This document shows positions 57,177-64,000 of a stretch of DNA of 64,000 nt, in pieces. Below the pieces are notes generated by a model, which searched no databases, was not told the origin of the DNA, and was given only the letters and a program-made list of their open reading frames with translations. Where the stretch lies: positions 1 to 64,000 of the forward strand of contig JAKFCT010000001.1 in NCBI GenBank assembly GCA_036676495.1. Direction: 5' to 3'. This DNA comes from Candidatus Sericytochromatia bacterium (GTDB taxonomy: Bacteria; Cyanobacteriota; Sericytochromatia; S15B-MN24; UBA4093). The position numbers and the translations under genes are program-made. Positions within the stretch are counted from its first letter, which is position 1, and each line of letters starts with the position of its first letter.

Positions 57177-58604
57177 TCAATCCTTTACCAAGCCACCGGT
57201 CGCCTCCCCGAATTCAGGGGCGAGGGACGGCGAGGACGCAGCAGATAAGGGCGAGGGTTGACCAGAGAAGGGCGAGGGTTGACCGGAGAAGAGCGACGAG
57301 AGGCGGAAGTCCACGAACTGCTGGGGGTCGTCGACCTGTTCGCGTCCCATGGAGACCCAGAGGCGATCGCCCTGGAGCTGGGAGACCATGGCCGTGACGG
57401 ACGTGAGACGCCCCCAGTCTCCCAATACCACGGGGCCCAGGGCCATGCGGACCGGGACGGAGCGCGAGATCGACTGGGCCGTGGGGCCGCGCGTCCCGGA
57501 AACCGGATCGATGAGGTCCGCGAGCACGGCCTTCGCGCGTTCGGGATCGAGCTGGCCGTACTGGGCGGCCAGAAGCTTTCCGAAGCGCTCGTCCCGTGCG
57601 CCCGGCTTCGCCTGCGAGAGGCCTTGGGCTTTGAAGGTCCCCATGCTCTGGGCGAGATCCGCGAGCGAACCGCCCGAGCCATAGGATCTCGCGGCGACCT
57701 GGCCGCCGGAGGCCTCGACGTAGCGGGCGCCTTCGCCTTGGGCCAGGGTCGCGACGAAGGCCTGGCTGGTCGCGCCGGCGGCACGGCGCAGCTCGGCCTC
57801 GGCGGCATCCGGGCCTTCGGCGTTCATCACGCGCAGCGTGAGCCAGCGCGGGGGCAGGCCCGCCGTCTTCGAAGCACCTGCCACCGGGTCGATGGCGGCG
57901 AAGAGGCCGTTCTCGCTCCATGCGGCCTCGGCGGCCAAAGAGCCGACCCGGGTCAAGGCGACCCAAGCGGGGCCCGATTCCGGGTGATGCACCCAGAGCA
58001 TGGTGAAGCGCTGGCGCGTCCCGAAGGTGAGATCATCCGAGATGCGGCCGAGGAGGGGCCTTCCGTCGAGGCTGGCCTTCCCGCGGGCGATGAAGCCGCC
58101 GCCGCCCGGCAGCAGGGCGGGCAGGTTCTTGGAGAGCGCGGCGTAAGGGGGATCGGTGGAAAGCAGCAGGATATCCGCCATGGCGAGCCCGGAGCCCGTG
58201 GCGAGGCCTCTCAGGAAGTCCCGCTCGTCCTGGGTGAGGTGCCGATCCTGCTGGCGCGCGTAGAAGCGGTGGACGAAGCCCGGCGTCAGGACGAAGGCCG
58301 GAAAGGCGCGTCGCTCATGGTAATCGCGGACCTGATCGCGGATGCGCTCGCGCATGAGGGTGCCCTGCTGCATCCCGGCCTGGAAAAGCGTTCCACGGGT
58401 CTCCATGATCAGGACTCCCCGGTCCCGGATGACCCGCCCCTGGGTATCGACGCTCTTGGCGATGACCTGGCGCTCGGGCATCGCGGGGCCATTGGGGACG
58501 TTGGGAATGGCCTCTCCACAAGCGACCAGGAGAGACGCCCCCAGCAAAAGGGCAGGAAGAGCGAACTTGGGACGGACGATCTGGGGCAACGGTCTATGCT
58601 CCAC
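57177..58604 (-). CDS. C45/Ntn-hydrolase-like lipoprotein, nucleophile Cys apparently absent
   Basis: Lipobox LVAC, G.QQG..MRE.I, GLATGSGL, ASLDGRPLLGR, SENGL. Confidence 0.55.
   Translation of the reverse strand: MEHRPLPQIVRPKFALPALLLGASLLVACGEAIPNVPNGPAMPERQVIAKSVDTQGRVIRDRGVLIMETRGTLFQAGMQQGTLMRERIRDQVRDYHERRAFPAFVLTPGFVHRFYARQQDRHLTQDERDFLRGLATGSGLAMADILLLSTDPPYAALSKNLPALLPGGGGFIARGKASLDGRPLLGRISDDLTFGTRQRFTMLWVHHPESGPAWVALTRVGSLAAEAAWSENGLFAAIDPVAGASKTAGLPPRWLTLRVMNAEGPDAAEAELRRAAGATSQAFVATLAQGEGARYVEASGGQVAARSYGSGGSLADLAQSMGTFKAQGLSQAKPGARDERFGKLLAAQYGQLDPERAKAVLADLIDPVSGTRGPTAQSISRSVPVRMALGPVVLGDWGRLTSVTAMVSQLQGDRLWVSMGREQVDDPQQFVDFRLSSLFSGQPSPFSGQPSPLSAASSPSLAPEFGEATGGLVKD
57243..57291. 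repeat. 21-bp in-frame tandem duplication in the gene 3' end (FSGQPSP x2)
   Basis: aagggcgagggttgacc at 57247 and 57268. Confidence 0.85.
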
Positions 58605-58733
58605 GGAGGCGGCTTCCCGTCGGGGGCCTCCGGCTTGGGACGCTCGGAAGCACCCGAACGGCGGTTACCCGCTGATCATACACGATCGCGCCGCCTTCCC
58701 GCAGCCCCCGGAAGCAGTCCGTCACTCGGCGGG

Positions 58734-60569
58734 CTAAGGGTTATCCACCACGGTGGCCTCGGCGAGCCGCTCCATGCGGGTGGTCTTCACGGTCTCCGCT
58801 CCGTAGCGCCCGAGGTAGAGGTGGATATTCTCCCGGTTCCTCAGGTACATCCAGAGCCCGTATTCGTAGGCCTCGAGGCATTGCCGCGTGCATCGCTTCA
58901 AGGCGTCCCTGAGCTCGTTCTCGTCCATGCCGCTGATCGCCTTGTAGGTGAGCGTGGTCGAGAGCTCCTCGACGTCCTCGATCACCTCGAGGATGCCGTG
59001 CTTCTCGGCCTCATGGTAGAGCGGGCTCTGCTTGTTCAGCGAGAATACCGAGCGCCCGTAGGCATGAATGATATCCGTGTTCTGACAGATCGAGTCGATG
59101 GTCATCTGGGCCTCGTCCCGGGTTTCGGTCGGATACCCGAAGAAGAGGTAGTTGAAGTTGAAGATGCCCGCGTCGGAGGAGGCCCTCAGGATGTCGAAGC
59201 GCTGCTGGTAGCCGACTCCCTTGTTGATGAGCTCGAGGATCCGGGGGGATCCGGTCTCGTAGCCCCAGAGGACCATCCGGAGGCCCGCCGCGTAGAGCAG
59301 TTCGAAGAGGTCGGGTGTGAAGGCCTTCTCGATGCGCCCGTTGCAGAACCAGGTGATGTCGAGTTCCTCGTCGATGAACCGCTGGGCCAGCTTGCGCATG
59401 TAGGCGGGGCGCATCGACTCGTCGATGAACTGGAAGTTCCGGATGCCGTAGCGGTCCTTCAGGTAGCGGATCTCCGCAACCAGCCGGTCGAGGCTCTTGA
59501 CGTCGTTCTCGACCCCGTAGAAGGAGTCGCAGAAGGTGCACTGCCCCCAGTAACAGCCCTTGCTGGCTCGGATCGTGAGGATCAGCTCGGGAGAGAGGTA
59601 CTTGTCGAGTGGGAAGCCCTCGAGGTCCTGGAAGCCGATCACGTCCATCGCGAGGGGCTTGCGGGCAGAAGTCATCCGCACGGCGTCGCCGTCCAGGTAA
59701 AGCAGACTGGGGACGTGCTCGAGGCTCTCGCCGCGTTCGAGGGCTTGCACCAGGGAAAGCAGTTGATCCTCTCCTTCACCGAAGCAGAGGCTGTGCGCGA
59801 AGGCCTTGAAGAACTCGGGACGCTGGGAGAGGGCCTCGGTGACGCGCGTGAAGAAGTTGCCGCCGATGCCGATATGCATGCCCGCGGGGGCCGCCTGGCG
59901 CAGCATGTAGGCGAGCGTCAGGCCCGGCACCACCTGGGAGAAGCAGTTGATGGAGATGCCCACGTAATCCGCATCCGAGGCCAGCAGTTCCGGCAGGACC
60001 TCCTCGTAGTACGGGATGAACATGTTGCTCTTGCGGTCCTGGGCCTGAGCGATGAGGCTATTGGTGTTCATCATGAGGCCCGGCTGCTCGAAGTAGTTGA
60101 AGCTGAGCTGCGAGGGGAAGTAAGGAGTCGAGGCCGCCTTGAGGGCCAGGTCGATGACGTGGAGGGCCTCCAGCAGCATGTCCGGGTTGTAGAAGCGCCG
60201 CGGGTCCTTGAGGGTCTCCTTGGCGTCCATGATCAGGTGGGGCAGGTGATCGAGCATTTCCCCGTGCTCGTCCACGAAGCGGCGGATCGCCCGGAGCCGG
60301 ACCCGGTCGAGCTGGGCGTCGAGCGAATTCGGTTCGAGCATGAGCTTGAAGCTGCTCTGCGGGCCCAGGTACTCGAGGTCGAGGTGCAGGCGGTCCCGGA
60401 CGCGCTGGAGGTGCTGCGGGCTCAGCACATGATCGTAGTACTCGATGTTGAGGTCACGGACGTCGACCTCGACGCCGTGGTGGCGGAGGTGACCCGCCAG
60501 CGCCCGCAGCGCGAAGTGGGGGTGCTGCGGGCTCCACTGGGGGGGAAAGATCAGGAGCGCCTTCGCCAT
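58734..60569 (-). CDS. B12-binding-domain radical SAM protein (class B methyltransferase-like)
   Basis: N-terminal IFPPQW..P, VGISI...SQ, IGIGGN, GEGE, CYWGQCTFC, FIDE, GYETG, FFGYPTET. Confidence 0.9.
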   Translation of the reverse strand: MAKALLIFPPQWSPQHPHFALRALAGHLRHHGVEVDVRDLNIEYYDHVLSPQHLQRVRDRLHLDLEYLGPQSSFKLMLEPNSLDAQLDRVRLRAIRRFVDEHGEMLDHLPHLIMDAKETLKDPRRFYNPDMLLEALHVIDLALKAASTPYFPSQLSFNYFEQPGLMMNTNSLIAQAQDRKSNMFIPYYEEVLPELLASDADYVGISINCFSQVVPGLTLAYMLRQAAPAGMHIGIGGNFFTRVTEALSQRPEFFKAFAHSLCFGEGEDQLLSLVQALERGESLEHVPSLLYLDGDAVRMTSARKPLAMDVIGFQDLEGFPLDKYLSPELILTIRASKGCYWGQCTFCDSFYGVENDVKSLDRLVAEIRYLKDRYGIRNFQFIDESMRPAYMRKLAQRFIDEELDITWFCNGRIEKAFTPDLFELLYAAGLRMVLWGYETGSPRILELINKGVGYQQRFDILRASSDAGIFNFNYLFFGYPTETRDEAQMTIDSICQNTDIIHAYGRSVFSLNKQSPLYHEAEKHGILEVIEDVEELSTTLTYKAISGMDENELRDALKRCTRQCLEAYEYGLWMYLRNRENIHLYLGRYGAETVKTTRMERLAEATVVDNP

Positions 60570-60847
60570 CAGGCCTCTCCCAGGATGGCCTTGGCGGCCC
60601 GCGTGAACTCATGCAGCTCTTTGATCAGGGGCAGCATGACCTGCATGCGGTTGTGCTCGATCTCGGCGATCGCCTCGTCGTGCCGTTGCTTCTTGGCAGC
60701 GATGTCCTCGCTGCGTCCGGTCATCTTGAGCTCGAGGAGCATCTCCTTGAGGGCGCGCTCGCGTGTGATGAGCTGGTCGAGTCGCTGGACGCGCTCCACG
60801 ACCTCGGCCTTGCTGAGTAACGGGGCAGCGTGATGTTGCATGGCCAT
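60569..60847 (-). CDS. Small charged helical/coiled-coil protein
   Basis: TGATG coupling to the rSAM gene; 6 bp from the upstream stop. Confidence 0.75.
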   Translation of the reverse strand: MAMQHHAAPLLSKAEVVERVQRLDQLITRERALKEMLLELKMTGRSEDIAAKKQRHDEAIAEIEHNRMQVMLPLIKELHEFTRAAKAILGEA

Positions 60848-60853
60848 CCTCGG

Positions 60854-61888
60854 CTAGACGGTGGGAGTCTTGGTGGACGGGGTCGACGCGCTTCCGGAGG
60901 CCGGAGTGGTGGGAGTGCTGGCCGCCGGGGCATCTCCGGTGGGCGCCGTGCCGGGAGTCGAGCCTTGTCCCGAGGGGGGCCCCGCGGTCACCGTCCGTGC
61001 CGCGGCCGCTTCGATCCCGCGTGACGCCTCGATGTCGGCCTTACGGCGCTGCTCCATCTTCTCGACGGTATCGAGCGCGTCCTTGGCCACCTGGGCGGCC
61101 AGTGCCAGACCGTCGTTTCGATTTCCCCCGCCCTGGATGCTGGCCGGATCGATGCCCAGGTCCGTGAGCGCCTGCTCGAAGCCCATGTCATGCGTGGTGA
61201 GCATGCCGTCGCCGTTGGAGTCCATGGCGATGACGTTCCCGGTCTCCCGGTTGACGACGGCCAGCATGCCCCCTTCGCGCTTGACCTCGGCGTCGATCCC
61301 GTACTCTTCCTTGAGGATCTTGGCCAGCTCCTCGAATCCCACCATGCCTTCCTTTTGCTTGAGCACGGAATAGACCGCGATCAGCTCGTCCTCGGTCATG
61401 GTGAGGGTCTTGCTGGCCGGAGCCCCCATGCCGCTGCCGCCGACGGAGACGCTGGCCATCCGGATCGGGGGAGGGGCGGCTTCCATGGCGGGCGCGCTAG
61501 GAGGCGGCTCGATCGAGGCCGGCACCGGCGGAGGGGAGGCGAGCGTGATCTCCTCTCCCGGAGGCGAGGAGGGGATCTCGATCTCGGTCTGCGGGGTCAG
61601 GACCGTCTCGGCCCACTGGGCCGTATTCTCGGTGGCCTGCGGGGGAAGCTCGAGATCGGTCTTGGGGGTCCAGACGAGTTCCGCCCACTGCGAGGTGGTG
61701 CCATTCAAGCCGAGTTCCGAGGTGGTACCAGCAGCGCCGAGTGCGACCGCGTCTCCGCCGGGAGCGGCGGTCGATTGCACGGATCCGGGCTCGACTGGCC
61801 CCGCCGGCGCTTCCGGCGCGGGGCCGGCAGCGCCCGGAGTGACCAGGGGGCGTGGGTTCAACGGGTTGTTCGAAAGCGGGCTCGTCAT
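60854..61888 (-). CDS. Pro/Ala/Thr-rich protein with a 24-aa repeat and an EF-hand-like loop
   Basis: RBS AAGGAGG; QWAE.V.TP.T..E.P x2; DSNGDGMLTTHD. Confidence 0.75.
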   Translation of the reverse strand: MTSPLSNNPLNPRPLVTPGAAGPAPEAPAGPVEPGSVQSTAAPGGDAVALGAAGTTSELGLNGTTSQWAELVWTPKTDLELPPQATENTAQWAETVLTPQTEIEIPSSPPGEEITLASPPPVPASIEPPPSAPAMEAAPPPIRMASVSVGGSGMGAPASKTLTMTEDELIAVYSVLKQKEGMVGFEELAKILKEEYGIDAEVKREGGMLAVVNRETGNVIAMDSNGDGMLTTHDMGFEQALTDLGIDPASIQGGGNRNDGLALAAQVAKDALDTVEKMEQRRKADIEASRGIEAAAARTVTAGPPSGQGSTPGTAPTGDAPAASTPTTPASGSASTPSTKTPTV

Positions 61889-61925
61889 CGTTGCCTCCTT
61901 GATTGGGGGAGCGGCATGGCCTCCG

Positions 61926-62735
61926 CTAGAACCGGAGATCCTTGATCAGGCGGTTCTCTCGGTCGAACCAGCGCTCGCGCGTCACGTTGCCGATCGCGTC
62001 ATGGTCGAATTCCTTGCGGAGGCTCACCTTGCCGGCCTCGTTTAGCGCTTCGATCTTGGTGACGCGGTCCTTGGGGCCGTAGGTGTAGGAGTAGCCCCCG
62101 CGCGGAGTTCCGTCCGGCGAGTGCCAGCGACGCGATAGGACGTTGCCCTTGGCGTCATGCCGGTAGGTGTGAAAGCCTTCAAGCTGGTTTCGCGGCCCGT
62201 AGAGGTGCTGGCTCACCACCTCGCCGCGATCGTCGTAAGCGTAGGCGAAGCGCCGGATCATGCGGTGCTGCTCGTCGTACCAGGTTTCGTCCGCGACCTG
62301 GGCACGGTAGTTGTAATCCGACTTGATGGTGTAGAAGAGGGAGCCGTCCTGGCGATACTCCGCGCGCCATGCCATCAAGCCTGTCCACTCGTCGAAGACG
62401 TAGCGGTGGTAGTTGTCGAAGCGGCCGTAGCGATCGACCCAGATGGAATCGACGAGCCCTTCTCCCTCGTAGCGGTAGTAGCGCTTGCTGGGCTTCGAGA
62501 ACTCCCGGGTGTGCTTCTCGAAGTAGATCACCCGGCCCTCGGGATCATAGTGAAACGCCTGGTGATCCGTGGGCACCTGGCCGGCAGGGAATTCACCGTA
62601 GCCGATCACGCGACCGAACTCATCAATCCGGCCAATCGTGAAGTACCGGACGGAGACGATGCGCGCCCGGATCTCGGCATCGAGATCCGCGAGGCTCGGC
62701 AGCCGAACCGCCCTGTCCTGGATAGCTCCCCCCAT
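61926..62735 (-). CDS. YD/RHS-like beta-hairpin repeat protein
   Basis: Repeated Y-x-Y-D-x-x-G units (YAYDDRGE, YRHDAKGN, FDHDAIGN); RBS GAAGGAGG; no signal peptide. Confidence 0.75.
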   Translation of the reverse strand: MGGAIQDRAVRLPSLADLDAEIRARIVSVRYFTIGRIDEFGRVIGYGEFPAGQVPTDHQAFHYDPEGRVIYFEKHTREFSKPSKRYYRYEGEGLVDSIWVDRYGRFDNYHRYVFDEWTGLMAWRAEYRQDGSLFYTIKSDYNYRAQVADETWYDEQHRMIRRFAYAYDDRGEVVSQHLYGPRNQLEGFHTYRHDAKGNVLSRRWHSPDGTPRGGYSYTYGPKDRVTKIEALNEAGKVSLRKEFDHDAIGNVTRERWFDRENRLIKDLRF

Positions 62736-63189
62736 GTGCCCTCCTTCGACTGACCACCAAACCCGTGACCTTCGCACGATCACGCGATCTACCGAGGTCT
62801 TACCCGCACTCCGGCGGGGTGCTACTAAGTAGTTTGCACGGATTTACATCACATCCATGCCGCCTCCCCGTCGAGCTTCTTCCCGTCTCCTTGCTGGACT
62901 GACGCGGCCGGAGGGGCCTCAGTCGCGCCCTATTCCGCGCGAACTCCCCCCATGCAACCGAGGGCGCCGAAGAAATCCCGCAGGCAGAGGGTATAGTAGA
63001 CGTGGCGCTCGATCGGTTTCGATCGCGCATGCGTTTTGCAGATTTAACAGAATCCAAAAATAGGTTTGACACTTCGATAAGCAACTGAAAGCCAAAATCG
63101 AACGATATGTCCTTCAGCGAGATGCAAGCTCACTCAAGGGCTTACGAAAGGTACTAGCGGCTCACGGGCCGGAAGAAAGGGGACCTCAG

Positions 63190-64000
63190 ATGGTTCACAC
63201 GGTAGATGGCGGGGGATCCGTTCGGCGGAACTTCCATCCCGCGGATTTGAACAAAGATGGCAAGGTGACCCGTTCCGAGGCCCAGCAGTACGTCGATAAG
63301 AAAGTTCCCGCTGCCAAGCCCGAGGGAGAGTTCAAGACGCCCGTTGCCAAGCCCAAGGGAGAGTACAAGACCCCCGTTGCCGACCCCAAGGGAGAGTTCA
63401 AGACGCCCGTCGCGAAACCCAAGGAGGACGTCAACGCCACCCGCTACCCGACGGTGGGCGAGCACATCGAGAATACGCTGACCGAGGCCAAGAACGAGTT
63501 CTTCGAGAGCGCCAAGATCGCCGGCGTCATGGCGATTCCCGGCGTCAACGTCGCCGCTGGCGTGGTCTATGCCCGCCACATGAGCGAAGCCCGCAAGGAG
63601 ATCGCCCAGCTGCCCATGGATCCCGAGGGCAAGTGGAAGGACAAGGCGCGCGACATCATCAGCCGGCACCACGAGGCGGCGGAGGATGAGATCATCGCCC
63701 TGCCCGGCAAGGTGGTCGATGGGGCGGTGGATGCCGTGGACAAGGTCGTCGACGGGGCGGTGGACACCGCCGAGGCCGTCTGGGGCGGCGTCACCGACGC
63801 GGCCGAGGCCGCCTGGGACTTCGCCAAGACCGAAGTCCCCCGCGCCGCCAAGGAACTCGGCCGGGACGCCGCGGTGCTCGCCATCATGGCCAACCCGCTG
63901 GGCGCCGTCCCGAGCGGCGTGATCATCAGCAACCACATGGCCCAGGCCAACAAGCGCATCATGGACCTGCCCATGGATCCCGAAGGCAAGTGGAAGAGCG
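63190..64000 (+). CDS. Repeat-rich protein with N-terminal EF-hand, truncated by the window end (absent from ORF track)
   Basis: RBS AAAGGGG; open to the window end: MVHTVDGGG...DLNKDGKVTRSE; LPMDPEGKWK occurs twice. Confidence 0.8.
   Translation, partial: MVHTVDGGGSVRRNFHPADLNKDGKVTRSEAQQYVDKKVPAAKPEGEFKTPVAKPKGEYKTPVADPKGEFKTPVAKPKEDVNATRYPTVGEHIENTLTEAKNEFFESAKIAGVMAIPGVNVAAGVVYARHMSEARKEIAQLPMDPEGKWKDKARDIISRHHEAAEDEIIALPGKVVDGAVDAVDKVVDGAVDTAEAVWGGVTDAAEAAWDFAKTEVPRAAKELGRDAAVLAIMANPLGAVPSGVIISNHMAQANKRIMDLPMDPEGKWKS
63308..63424 (+). repeat. 33-bp coding tandem repeat, about 3.5 copies (PVAKPKGEFKT)
   Basis: agggagagt(t/a)caagac(g/c)cccgt repeated at 33-bp period. Confidence 0.9.

Noticed and set aside
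57258-60833. 1191-aa plus-strand ORF
   Set aside because: It is the antisense of the rSAM and neighbouring minus-strand genes, which carry the recognisable motifs.
61926-62735. Rhs polymorphic toxin
   Set aside because: Only 269 aa, with no PxxxxDPxG core motif and no C-terminal toxin domain.
63107-63157. 16-codon leader ORF MSFSEMQAHSRAYERY
   Set aside because: No RBS, no attenuator-like codon run or terminator, and it overlaps a probable promoter region.

Overview
This is a high-GC bacterial chromosome segment (about two-thirds G+C by eye), densely coding, with no integrase, transposase, CRISPR array or rRNA. The gene mix includes lipoproteins, an outer-membrane-like beta protein, Firmicute/Actinobacteria-type stress genes and a Rieske plus fused cytochrome b-c pair. 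That mix suggests a diderm Terrabacteria lineage such as Sericytochromatia; this is inference only. Recognisable content: an APC permease with two TrkA/RCK genes, eda-ytnP-FAH, a stress/trehalose cluster, tRNA-Val(TAC), pdhABC-lpdA, glcDEF, the Rieske/cyt b-c pair, queG, a GGDEF protein with a STAS-like partner, an ABC1 kinase and a B12-radical SAM operon. The most unusual signals are six. (1) A recurrent TTAA-N7-TTAA box (11-bp phased) occurs with sigma28-like promoters in front of orphan, signal-peptide-less, effector-like genes (ART-like protein, subtilisin, membrane-active protein), suggesting a flagellar-export 'attack' regulon. (2) Two unlinked tandem arrays of 55 and 59 bp share a TGTAGC-N8-GCT hairpin; one demonstrably duplicates the lpdA 3' end and has a synonymously recoded copy. 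(3) A B12-rSAM is translationally coupled to a small helical protein and sits downstream of a repeat/EF-hand protein. (4) Two unannotated microproteins lie behind a Fur-like box upstream of glcDEF. (5) There are candidate structured leaders upstream of trkA and pdhA. (6) Several proteins look like pseudo-enzymes. All family calls come from motif recognition by eye, not database searches.
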